Positions 27,346 to 36,608 of a DNA stretch of 64,000 nt are shown piece after piece. The translations under genes and the position numbers were made by a program. The first letter of the stretch is position 1; each line of letters opens with the position of its first letter. The notes under the pieces were generated by a model. The model was not told the DNA's origin. It searched no databases and saw nothing but the letters and a program-made list of their open reading frames with translations. Source of the DNA: Spirochaetia bacterium (GTDB lineage: Bacteria; Spirochaetota; Spirochaetia; UBA9216); NCBI GenBank assembly GCA_965140585.1, contig OZ223269.1, positions 288,001 through 352,000 on the forward strand, written 5' to 3'.

Positions 27346-29139
27346 ATGAAAAGAACAGGCAGGAAGCAATTTTCTGTGATAATTCTTTTCATTCTGCTTC
27401 TGCTTCCGGCTATTTATGGTAATGCACAGGATGCTGATGAAGATATCCTTTCTGTAATTGATGATCCCTTTGCAGAGGACGATGAAATTTTCTCAGTTAT
27501 AGATGATCCCTTTGCCGTTGAAGAAGATGATCAGGACCTTTCTGCAGTAATTGATGATCCTTTTGCGGCTGATGATGAAGAAGCCCTTCCTGATTCTGAT
27601 TTGGATGATTTAGATTCCATGTTTGATACGGATTCCATGATTGAGGTCGTCGATGAGGACGCTGCTTCTGAAGATACGGGTAGTTTTGAAGAGTTTCTCA
27701 AATCTGAAGGAGTTGAGTTCGGCGGATCCTTTTCCGGTTCACTTTCAAACAGCTTCAGTTATGATTACCTCTGGGACCCGGCATTTGACATTACCAATCC
27801 TGAAATGACTCTTACTCCATCTGTTTCAGCCGATTTATTTTTTGATGCCCGTCCCGATACACATTATCGTGTTTTCGGTAAGCTCGGCTTTACTTCTGCA
27901 AGCGGCGACAGCAACACTGTTGCTTCAATAATTCCGGATGACGGACTTACTTTTGAACAGGTCACTGATGAAGACGGTAACACCACTTTTCAGATAGTAG
28001 ATTCTGCAGATGTAGACGAATCGGATCCCAACCAGACGACAATTACCCAGGAGGATGTAGCTTCCGATACAAGCACTGAATTAAATATAAGCGTTAAGGA
28101 ATTATTTGCCGATTTTGACTGGGATAACAGGGTATACTTTCGTTTTGGTAAAAGTACAATAAAATGGGGCGTCGGCTATTTCTGGAGTCCCACTGATGTT
28201 CTTAATCTTACGTCAATAGATGTCGAAGATCCCACCGCTGAGCTGGAAGGCCCGGTTTCATTAAAGATTCATTATCCGATAGACATCAATAATCTATACC
28301 TGTATCTGATAACTGAAAATGTTGAAGAACCTCTTGATACGGCTATTGCTCCTAAATATGAGTTTGTAGTCGGCAATACCGAAATAGGAATAGGCGGATA
28401 TTATCAGCGGGATCTTGCTCCTCGGGCTGTTGCCACAGTTTCAACTACTATTGGAGATTTTGCGGTTTTCGGTGAGGGCCTTGCAAGCTGGGGGTCTGAT
28501 AAGGTTTTTGTAAGGAAATCAAAGGACCAGTCAGCAGCAGAGGAAGATGAAGAAGATGATCTTGATATAGTTCTCGATACCTATACAGCAGACAGCGGAT
28601 TTTTTCTTTCAGGTACAATCGGTACAAGTTATATGCATGAGTTTGAAGGTGATAACGGAACTTTTATGATAACAGGGCAGTATTACTATAATGGTGAAGG
28701 CTACAGTTATGAAGACGGACTTCTCGAAGCCGCCTATCATCTTGCCCTAAATTCAGGTGATAATGGACTTGCCCTGGACGCGGAAGAGCAGCCTGAAGGC
28801 TATGAAGATCCACCTGCTCTTGGTACTGCTGATCTGACTAATTTTGGTAAACACTATCTTGGTATGGCGGTTTCCTTCAGCTCAATCAGCGGAAGTGATC
28901 TGAGTTTTTCAACGCTGGGGATTGCAAACCTGTCAGATTTTTCTGGTATGATTATACCTACTGTGACCTACAGTTTTATGGATTACCTTTCTGCCTCTGC
29001 AGGAATGAGAATCACTTTTGGTGAAGAGGGAGACGAGTATACAAATCCGGCAGCTCTCATATCCGGAAGCAGTGATGACTGGAAGGGGCCTACAATGAGT
29101 TTTACACTTGAGTTTTCAATCGGAGGAGGCAGTTTCTGA
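27346..29139 (+). CDS. Putative outer-membrane beta-barrel protein with acidic N-terminal repeats
   Basis: Signal peptide; ELFADF...FRFGK..IKWG.GYFWSPTD.LN motif; alternating amphipathic strands; C-terminal strand ending in Phe (FTLEFSIGGGSF). Confidence 0.7.
   Translation: MKRTGRKQFSVIILFILLLLPAIYGNAQDADEDILSVIDDPFAEDDEIFSVIDDPFAVEEDDQDLSAVIDDPFAADDEEALPDSDLDDLDSMFDTDSMIEVVDEDAASEDTGSFEEFLKSEGVEFGGSFSGSLSNSFSYDYLWDPAFDITNPEMTLTPSVSADLFFDARPDTHYRVFGKLGFTSASGDSNTVASIIPDDGLTFEQVTDEDGNTTFQIVDSADVDESDPNQTTITQEDVASDTSTELNISVKELFADFDWDNRVYFRFGKSTIKWGVGYFWSPTDVLNLTSIDVEDPTAELEGPVSLKIHYPIDINNLYLYLITENVEEPLDTAIAPKYEFVVGNTEIGIGGYYQRDLAPRAVATVSTTIGDFAVFGEGLASWGSDKVFVRKSKDQSAAEEDEEDDLDIVLDTYTADSGFFLSGTIGTSYMHEFEGDNGTFMITGQYYYNGEGYSYEDGLLEAAYHLALNSGDNGLALDAEEQPEGYEDPPALGTADLTNFGKHYLGMAVSFSSISGSDLSFSTLGIANLSDFSGMIIPTVTYSFMDYLSASAGMRITFGEEGDEYTNPAALISGSSDDWKGPTMSFTLEFSIGGGSF
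27442..27582 (+). repeat. Three in-frame degenerate tandem repeats encoding VIDDPFA plus acidic spacer
   Basis: SVIDDPFAEDD / SVIDDPFAVEEDD / AVIDDPFAADDEE; GATGATCC(C/T)TTTGC three times in the DNA. Confidence 0.85.
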
Positions 29140-30638
29140 TGAATAAAAAATATATATCCATTATACTGCTGATACCATTTATTATAATCATTTCGTTCTC
29201 CGGCTGCGGAGTCAGCGGTCTGGCTGCACCGACGGATCTGGCGGCAGAGGAAGGTAATCCCGATTACCCCAATAGAACACAGATCAGCTGGCTGCCCGTT
29301 GAGAATGCCGGTATATACTATGTATACCGTGCTCCTTCCAGCGACTCTGCCGAGGCAGATTATGACTATGCAGGTTTTTCGGTAACCAGCTACGTAGATG
29401 ATGAAAGTTCGGAAATCCGTTTCAGCTTTATTGAAAGCTTTGAAGAAGGTGAGGGAGGTACTTTCGCTTACAGGGTAACCGCCGCAGCCGCTACAGATAC
29501 TGTGGTAGAGAGCGCAATGAGTGATGCTGTTGAGGCTTCAACCTACAGCGGGAGCTGGAGCAGTGTTTCAAGTACAAACTCGCAGATTACAGATGATGCT
29601 GTAAGTCTTGACCTTGTTTATTCAGGCGGTGTCCTGTACGCAGTTACAGCGTCTACCAGTGGTACAATATCTGTTAAACAGTATGCTGATGAGGAAGATT
29701 CCGAAGAAGATAATCCTCCGAAGGTCTGGACAGCTCTTTCCGGCAGTCCGGGGAGTATTACAACTTCGAAAACTAATCCTGTATCGGCTTTTTACTCAGG
29801 TGATTTGTATGTTGCATATACATTTGATTCTGATTTAAGTACAGGTACTGCTGCTGATGATGATGGTACCATTAATTTAAAATATTATGATTCAGATTCA
29901 GACTCGTGGAAATCTTCTCTGAACATGGAATTGGCTGATAATTTACTTGATCATGTCAGTTCAATCAGCTCCGGAGCATTTGCTACCAAGTTTTATACTT
30001 CTGCTGTTAACCTTGATGCTGTTACTGATGCTACGCCAGATGAAATTATTGTATATTCAGATGGCTCCTCTGTTGCGGACATAAGCCAGCTTCCTATAGT
30101 TGTTTCCGATTTTACCCAGATGTTTACCAACAACAGTTCTCTGTATGTCGGCTACACAGCCTCTACCGGTGGTCTCTACATGAACGAAATCAACACCAAT
30201 ACCGATGTTCTTCAGGATTCTGTCACTGTTTCCACCGATACAGTTGGCGGCAGCCTCGCAGCCTTTGTTTCCGGCAGCGGAATAATCTATGCTGTATACA
30301 TCACCAGCGGAAACGCACTGGTTGTAAGGAAATACGAGGACAGCAGCTGGACTGCCTATGCCTCCATAACAGACGCGAACGCTGCTTACACCGGTACGCT
30401 TGCTTCTGCCTGGTATAACGGTTATTTGTATGTTTTTTATGTGGATGGCTCAGATAAAGCATGGGTGAAATATTTCGATGAGGATGAGGGCTGGCAGAAT
30501 GCCGCCAGAGGCAGTTCTGAGTTAATTACCGATGCAGGTTCATACTCCGGATTCAATCTTACTACTGCGGGCACTTCCATTTTGTATGCATCATATATTG
30601 ATGATTTAGATTCTGCCTGGCTGAAAGGTCTTGAATAG
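29139..30638 (+). CDS. Acidic lipoprotein: FN3-like domain plus probable beta-propeller
   Basis: Lipobox FSG-C after hydrophobic stretch; APTDL..ISW..V..A..Y.VYR..YRVTA FN3 pattern; repeated LY(V/A)xY...VKYxD..W blades; TGATG coupling to barrel gene. Confidence 0.7.
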   Translation: MNKKYISIILLIPFIIIISFSGCGVSGLAAPTDLAAEEGNPDYPNRTQISWLPVENAGIYYVYRAPSSDSAEADYDYAGFSVTSYVDDESSEIRFSFIESFEEGEGGTFAYRVTAAAATDTVVESAMSDAVEASTYSGSWSSVSSTNSQITDDAVSLDLVYSGGVLYAVTASTSGTISVKQYADEEDSEEDNPPKVWTALSGSPGSITTSKTNPVSAFYSGDLYVAYTFDSDLSTGTAADDDGTINLKYYDSDSDSWKSSLNMELADNLLDHVSSISSGAFATKFYTSAVNLDAVTDATPDEIIVYSDGSSVADISQLPIVVSDFTQMFTNNSSLYVGYTASTGGLYMNEINTNTDVLQDSVTVSTDTVGGSLAAFVSGSGIIYAVYITSGNALVVRKYEDSSWTAYASITDANAAYTGTLASAWYNGYLYVFYVDGSDKAWVKYFDEDEGWQNAARGSSELITDAGSYSGFNLTTAGTSILYASYIDDLDSAWLKGLE

Positions 30639-30660
30639 TTAAAAAACGGAGCATCTGTAA

Positions 30661-32301
30661 ATGCAGTTTAAAAATATATATTTTTCACTTCGAAGGAAGA
30701 AATCGGCCGGCAGTGACTACTACGGCACCAGAACAGAAATGCCTTACGGACTTTCTCTTGAAGTGATTGAAAATCTTCACAGTGAAATACATTCAATCGG
30801 TCTTGAAGAAAATCGTCCTCTGGTAGATGAACAGACCTGGAAAGATCTGGAATTATCTGATTTTTTTAACCTGATTAACTATGCACAAAGTGCTCCAGGA
30901 TTTTATTATTTGTATCGTTCTCTTAAAAACCCGGAGCTGGAATCAGATTCGGTCCTTCAAAAAAACCGCGCTGCAGATTATTTCCATAATAACAGCAGTA
31001 TTCGGGACAGCCTTTCAAAGATCTTTACATCCATGAGAGAACATCAATTTCTGGATATCCTGAGACTTATAAAAACAATAAATCTGCCTGTTTTTTATTA
31101 CCGGCTTTGCATAATTTTACGTGTTCTATCAGTCCTTTCCATAGTTTCAATTCTGCTTATTCCGGGCGGAAGGGGAATTCTCGCAGTACTCAGCATGTTT
31201 GTCGTCAATATGTTTGTCTACGGCCGAATTGCCCGTTTCACCGAAGGGACTGTGCCTGCACTTGGTGCTTTAATGAGTTTCCTGCAGAAATCGAAAACTA
31301 TTCTGAAACTTTTACAAAAAAATAATTTTCCTGAAAATACAGGAATCCATAAAATCTCTGATGAGATTAGTTCAGTTCTAAGCTCCCTTGAACCTCTTCA
31401 GAAATCTTCAAGATTTCTTGGACAGACTTTTGCTTCTCCGGAAAATCTATCGGCTTCACTATGGATGTATCTTGATATTTTCTTTCATCTGAGTGCAGTA
31501 AGTTTTTATAAATCTCTCGACAGTATCAGTGAAAATAGAGATTCCGTTTACAGCTTATATCTGCTCTGCGGCAGGATAGATTTTCTTATCTCGCTTGCTT
31601 CTGCCAGAAAAGGAATGGAGGAAGCCGGACTGGCAATATGTACTCCCGTTCTTAAAGAGCATATCCGGAGTATATACACCGAAAAACTGTATATGCCTGT
31701 AATACCTGAAGCTGTTGGAAACAGCATTCTGATAGAAAAACCGGGCATACTGCTTACCGGAGCGAATATGGCCGGAAAATCCACCTTTTTGAGAACTGTT
31801 GGTTTGAATGCGGTATGTGGCCAGAGTCTCGGATTCTGTTTTGCAGATTCCTGGAAATCAGGCTTATATATAGTAAAATCCTCAATAGACAAAAAGGACA
31901 GCACTCAGGACGGAGAAAGCCTCTATTTTGCAGAAGCTCAAAGAATCGGAGAAATATTAAAAACCGCTTCTGAGTCAAAAACTACAATTTTATGCCTCTT
32001 CGATGAACTCCTTTCCGGCACAAACACTGAAGAGCGTGAAGCGGCCGTTGCTGCTATCCTTAGAGGTGTCTGCAGCATGAATGCGCTGACTGTTTCAGCC
32101 ACACATGATCTGTCAATTGTAGAAGAATTTAAATCCTTTATGAGTCTAAAGTACTTTACTTATAGAATTGAAGATGGAGGACTGTTTTTTGATTATAAAA
32201 TAAGAAACGGTAGAGCTGGCAACGGAAATGCTGTTCGTCTGCTCAGATATCTCGGTTATCCGGAAAATATTGTATCGGATGCTGAATTACGTCTGTTCTG
32301 A
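30661..32301 (+). CDS. MutS domain V ATPase with transmembrane segment (MutS-related protein)
   Basis: TWKDL, hydrophobic hairpin, LTGANMAGKSTFLR, S.YFAE, DELLSGTN..ER, ATHD, FDYK...G...NA..LL. Confidence 0.85.
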   Translation: MQFKNIYFSLRRKKSAGSDYYGTRTEMPYGLSLEVIENLHSEIHSIGLEENRPLVDEQTWKDLELSDFFNLINYAQSAPGFYYLYRSLKNPELESDSVLQKNRAADYFHNNSSIRDSLSKIFTSMREHQFLDILRLIKTINLPVFYYRLCIILRVLSVLSIVSILLIPGGRGILAVLSMFVVNMFVYGRIARFTEGTVPALGALMSFLQKSKTILKLLQKNNFPENTGIHKISDEISSVLSSLEPLQKSSRFLGQTFASPENLSASLWMYLDIFFHLSAVSFYKSLDSISENRDSVYSLYLLCGRIDFLISLASARKGMEEAGLAICTPVLKEHIRSIYTEKLYMPVIPEAVGNSILIEKPGILLTGANMAGKSTFLRTVGLNAVCGQSLGFCFADSWKSGLYIVKSSIDKKDSTQDGESLYFAEAQRIGEILKTASESKTTILCLFDELLSGTNTEEREAAVAAILRGVCSMNALTVSATHDLSIVEEFKSFMSLKYFTYRIEDGGLFFDYKIRNGRAGNGNAVRLLRYLGYPENIVSDAELRLF

Positions 32302-32302
32302 A

Positions 32303-32668
32303 TCAGCTTTCAGTAACCAGCTCAGATTGTTTAAAGTAAGAATTGAAGGCTTTATGCCCGCAGTAATTACTGATGTCAGTCAGCTGTCCATTATTAAAAT
32401 ACAAAATAAAAGGGACCTGATGGTTCTTCCAGGTGGTTTCTTTTACAAACATAAATTCTCTAAAGTACGGTTTATTGTTATAACTGAGATAATAAATCTT
32501 CACTTCATCTTCAGGAATCTTTTTAAGAAAAGTTTCCATAAACTTCCATTGCGGACACCAGTCCTGAGTTAATATCACCGCAACCCTTTCTGATGAATTG
32601 ACTATTTCATCCGGAATTTCTTTATTATTGATAATGAATTCTGCCTGAATATCTGTAATCTCTGTCAT
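32303..32668 (-). CDS. Thioredoxin-fold protein with single-Cys WCPQW motif
   Basis: VILTQDWCPQW, cis-Pro-like QVP, YFNNG. Confidence 0.6.
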   Translation of the reverse strand: MTEITDIQAEFIINNKEIPDEIVNSSERVAVILTQDWCPQWKFMETFLKKIPEDEVKIYYLSYNNKPYFREFMFVKETTWKNHQVPFILYFNNGQLTDISNYCGHKAFNSYFKQSELVTES

Positions 32669-32764
32669 TATAGTAAGGTAACTAATATATATAATAAATT
32701 CAATATTATTAAGAAAAATATTGCGAATATAACAAATAGCAATTAATATTTATTAAATGCAAGG

Positions 32765-33988
32765 ATGCTTTTTGTAATGATTGCTTTTATTATTTCATTA
32801 TTCTTAAATCTTTTTCTTATTATTCTGGTACTTTATTTTATATATAGGTGCAGAGTAATCCGTAAATCGGCTGCTGATATTAAAAACAAGATAGAGAAGC
32901 TGGATCTTACTTTAAAAGCTACACGTGACGGGCTCTGGGAGCTTGAAATAGGAAAAAACAAGGCATATTACAGTCCGCGATGGTATGAAATGCTTGGGTA
33001 CAGGCCAGATCTGTTCGGTTCGGACCCGGAATCCTGGAAAACCCTGATTCATCCGGATGAAAGAGAAACAATCGACTCATTATTTCAGGACTACTGCAGA
33101 ACAGGTGAACCATTTAAGTATGAAATGAGAATGAAAACAAATGATGGCAGTTATAAGTGGATTTTAAGCCGGGGACAGTGTATTGAATGGGATTCTCAAG
33201 GTAAGCCTGCCAGAGTAATCGGAACTCATACCGATATTGATCAGGTAAAATTATATGCTGAAGAATTAAAGGAAGCCAGGATAAAAGCTGAAGAGAGTGA
33301 CAGGCTTAAATCTGCATTTCTTGCAAATATGAGTCATGAGATAAGAACCCCGCTTAATGGTATTGTCGGTTTTTCAAAGTTACTTGCGGAAGAGGAACTC
33401 CCCGCAGAGAAAAGAGAACTTTTCAGTGCAATAATCTCATCTAATTCGGAACAGCTTTTACGGCTTATTTCGGATATTATAGATTTTGCCAGAATAGAAA
33501 GCGGTCGTCTTGATATCTTTTCTGAAGAATTTGACCTCGATGAAATTATGGATGAAATATTTACCAATTTCTCTTCAATAATTGAACTTGATGACAGAAA
33601 ATCTATTAAGATTAAGCTTATTAAGGATTCCCCGGATTCATCTAATAGAATAGATACTGATAGTATTCGCCTGAGACAGATTCTGAACAATCTGATCAGC
33701 AACGCCATTAAATTTACGGAATCCGGATATATTGAGTTTGGTTACCGTAAAGCCGACGGAGCATATAATTTCTTTGTTAAAGATACGGGTGTTGGAATTG
33801 AAGAAGCGAAATTGGAAACTATTTTTGAAAGGTTCAGGCAGGAGGATGAAACGCTTACCAGAAAGTACGGTGGAACCGGACTGGGTTTGACTATTTCACG
33901 AAGTCTGGTTGAAAATCTGGGAGGAGTGCTTTTAGCCGAGTCAGAGAAAAACAGAGGTTCTCTGTTTTATTTCACTCTTTTAGAATGA
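32765..33988 (+). CDS. PAS-domain sensor histidine kinase
   Basis: N-terminal TM, PAS_3 (IHPDE..YKWI..RG..GTHTDI), FLANMSHEIRTPLN, NAIKFT, DTGVGI, GGTGLGL. Confidence 0.93.
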   Translation: MLFVMIAFIISLFLNLFLIILVLYFIYRCRVIRKSAADIKNKIEKLDLTLKATRDGLWELEIGKNKAYYSPRWYEMLGYRPDLFGSDPESWKTLIHPDERETIDSLFQDYCRTGEPFKYEMRMKTNDGSYKWILSRGQCIEWDSQGKPARVIGTHTDIDQVKLYAEELKEARIKAEESDRLKSAFLANMSHEIRTPLNGIVGFSKLLAEEELPAEKRELFSAIISSNSEQLLRLISDIIDFARIESGRLDIFSEEFDLDEIMDEIFTNFSSIIELDDRKSIKIKLIKDSPDSSNRIDTDSIRLRQILNNLISNAIKFTESGYIEFGYRKADGAYNFFVKDTGVGIEEAKLETIFERFRQEDETLTRKYGGTGLGLTISRSLVENLGGVLLAESEKNRGSLFYFTLLE

Positions 33989-34039
33989 AATTCAGAACAG
34001 TTATTGATAAAAATACGAACAGGATCTAAAGTATTATCT

Positions 34040-35176
34040 ATGGAAAATAAAGAGCGTCAGATTAAAGATTTTGAGAAAAGTATAGAAAAAACCGGAGACT
34101 TGATTCGTCAGCTATACCTTGATTCCGGTTCCATAGCATACGCTGAATTCAAAAATTCCTCTGATGATTCAAGTGCATCTACTTATATGACCGGAATCAG
34201 TAAGCTGGATAGGCTTATAGCGGATGAATTATCCAGAAAAGATAATATTATAAAAACTGCCAAGAGAAGTGATGAAATTGAAGAAATTCGCAAAAGTCTC
34301 AAACAGCAGATTCGTCTGCTTGAAAAGGACAATATTTCAAATTATGAAACAATCGGCAGAGCCAGTTTTGAGGCTTTCCGTCAGGGAAGTCTGCCTATGG
34401 AGAATTATGAACAGATATTTGCAGATATTATAGGCAGTAAAGAAAAAATAAAACAACTTGAAGATGATCAAATCGATATAGAAGCTGCCCTGGGGCGTGA
34501 AAAACTGCTTCGAAAGGTTCAGCTCACAGCAAAAAAAATAAGTAATAAGAGTTCAATATCATCCCAGTACAGGCTGCTCTCAAAACATTATAGAAAGGCC
34601 GGGGAGCAGATTTGTAATTCGGAACTGATAATGAATCTTGAAGCTGATTCTGTGAAAAATGCAGTACAGCCGTTTCGTGATAATCTTGACGGGATGGAGA
34701 AACTTGAAATGGAAGACCAGCAGCTTCATCTTGAAAAAGAAGAGCTGCGGGGCAGTCTTGAGGGGCTTGGGGCAGGAGATAATCTCAAGAAAACCATAGC
34801 TGACCTTGATCAGCTTATTGCCGAATACAATTCTGAAAGAGAAGAACTTCTTGTGAGTGTTGGAGAAATACTTTATAACAATCAGAAAGATCCGCTCTCT
34901 GATAACGATAAAATGAAGGACATATTCTCGCAGATTAATGATGCAAATTCTGAGATTACAGTTTTTAATGCTGAGATTGAAAAACTGAAGGCTGAAGCTG
35001 AGATTGAAAAACAGAATAAGGAAATTCAGTCCCTAAATAAAAAAATATACGGATATGAAGAGAAAATTCAGAGTTTCAGTGATGAAACAGGCAAGCTGAA
35101 AGATCAGATTAAGAAAGCCGAAGATGAAATAAAGAAGCTCGAAACTGTTATAAAAGAAGAGAAGGTGAAGAAATGA
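34040..35176 (+). CDS. Coiled-coil hypothetical protein
   Basis: Long heptad-rich E/K/Q sequence; ATG 34040 preferred over TTG 34004; stop overlaps mtnP start. Confidence 0.75.
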   Translation: MENKERQIKDFEKSIEKTGDLIRQLYLDSGSIAYAEFKNSSDDSSASTYMTGISKLDRLIADELSRKDNIIKTAKRSDEIEEIRKSLKQQIRLLEKDNISNYETIGRASFEAFRQGSLPMENYEQIFADIIGSKEKIKQLEDDQIDIEAALGREKLLRKVQLTAKKISNKSSISSQYRLLSKHYRKAGEQICNSELIMNLEADSVKNAVQPFRDNLDGMEKLEMEDQQLHLEKEELRGSLEGLGAGDNLKKTIADLDQLIAEYNSEREELLVSVGEILYNNQKDPLSDNDKMKDIFSQINDANSEITVFNAEIEKLKAEAEIEKQNKEIQSLNKKIYGYEEKIQSFSDETGKLKDQIKKAEDEIKKLETVIKEEKVKK

Positions 35177-35922
35177 CTAAAATAGGTATAATCGGAGGGA
35201 GTGGTCTTGATAATCCTGAAATACTCTTAAACCCGAAGGATACAGAAGTTACAACATTGTATGGTCTGCCTTCATCGCTGCTGAAAACCGGAACAATAGG
35301 AAACACAGAGGTCGTGCTTATCGCAAGGCACGGCCGGGAACATACAATTCCGCCGACACAGGTTAATTACCGTGCTAATATAATGGCCTTGAAAGAGGCC
35401 GGATGCACACATATCGTGGCCACCACCGCAGTCGGTTCTCTCAGAGAAGAAATAGGCCGCGGTGATTTTGTGATTCTTGACCAGTTTATAGATTTTACAA
35501 GGCACAGAACGGTTTCATTTCATGAAAGCTTCGAACCGGGCAAGGCTGTTCATACCGGCATGGCTGACCCTTTTTCGGAAGATATCCGGCAGGTCCTTAT
35601 CCGGCAGGCAGAATCTGCTGGACTAAATTATCATAAAACAGGAACGGTTATAACCATTGAGGGGCCGCGCTTTTCCACCAGAGCCGAATCTAAAATGTTT
35701 AGAATGTGGGGTGCTGATGTTATAAATATGTCAATCGCTCCAGAGGCTATTCTGGCCAATGAAGCAGGTATCCCCTATGCCGCTGTAGCAATGAGTACCG
35801 ATTATGACTGCTGGAAAGAAGATGAAGCTCCTGTGAGCTGGGAAGATATCCTTGTCGCTTTTTCCGGAAACGTTGAAAAGATGACCACATTGCTGGTCTC
35901 TGCAATACCGGAGATCCATTGA
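35173..35922 (+). CDS. mtnP: S-methyl-5'-thioadenosine phosphorylase
   Basis: IGIIGGSG, ARHG..H.IPP..VNYRANI, EGPRFSTRAES, INMS..PE, TDYD (6-amino-purine type). Confidence 0.92.
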   Translation: MTKIGIIGGSGLDNPEILLNPKDTEVTTLYGLPSSLLKTGTIGNTEVVLIARHGREHTIPPTQVNYRANIMALKEAGCTHIVATTAVGSLREEIGRGDFVILDQFIDFTRHRTVSFHESFEPGKAVHTGMADPFSEDIRQVLIRQAESAGLNYHKTGTVITIEGPRFSTRAESKMFRMWGADVINMSIAPEAILANEAGIPYAAVAMSTDYDCWKEDEAPVSWEDILVAFSGNVEKMTTLLVSAIPEIH

Positions 35923-36608
35923 TAGCAATCATTGCAGCAATGGATCCTGAACTCAGAATGATTAGGAATTCCATTCGGAACAGAAAAATTGAGAACTGGA
36001 ATGGATATGAGTTTATTCATGGACAGCTGGGTGGAAAAGAGGTCGTAGCGGTTAGATGCGGAGTAGGGAAGGTTCTGACTGCACTGATAACGCAGAGGCT
36101 TTGTGATGAATATTCCCCTTCGGCTATAATCATGAGCGGTATAGCAGGCTCTATAACTCCCGAAATTGTCCTCGGTGATATTGTGGCTGCCCGTGACTGC
36201 GTACAGCATGATCTTGATGCAACCATGTTCGGCTTTTCACGAGGCGAGATCCCGTATTCCGGAATACATATAGTCGAAGCGGATACTCATCTTTTAAATA
36301 TAGCTTTAGGCTTCGGTAATGACTCTATCAAATCCGGAAGGGTTCTGACCGGAGACCAGTTTATTACTGGTTCAGACCGGCCTGAATATGCATATCTGAA
36401 GGATGAGCTTGAGGGGGATCTGGTTGAGATGGAAGGTGCTGCTTCTGCAATAACCGCTGCAATAAACAAGACCCCCTTTCTGCTTATCAGGGTTGTTTCT
36501 GATAATGCCGATGGAAAAGCTCCGGAAAACTACAATAAATTTCTGAAGTCTGCTTCTGAAAGAAGCTACCATCTTGTTGAATATATTCTTGGTGAATGCC
36601 GGTATTGA
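35919..36608 (+). CDS. mtnN: 5'-methylthioadenosine/SAH nucleosidase
   Basis: IAAMDPE, GVGKV, GIAG, QHD.D, TGDQFI, EMEGAA, SDNAD. Confidence 0.9.
   Translation: MIAIIAAMDPELRMIRNSIRNRKIENWNGYEFIHGQLGGKEVVAVRCGVGKVLTALITQRLCDEYSPSAIIMSGIAGSITPEIVLGDIVAARDCVQHDLDATMFGFSRGEIPYSGIHIVEADTHLLNIALGFGNDSIKSGRVLTGDQFITGSDRPEYAYLKDELEGDLVEMEGAASAITAAINKTPFLLIRVVSDNADGKAPENYNKFLKSASERSYHLVEYILGECRY

Noticed and set aside
27442-27582. CRISPR-like array
   Set aside because: Repeats are short, degenerate at synonymous sites, in-frame within a CDS, and no cas genes are present.
30661-32301. Mismatch-repair mutS or mutS2
   Set aside because: Lacks mismatch-recognition and Smr domains and has a TM hairpin.
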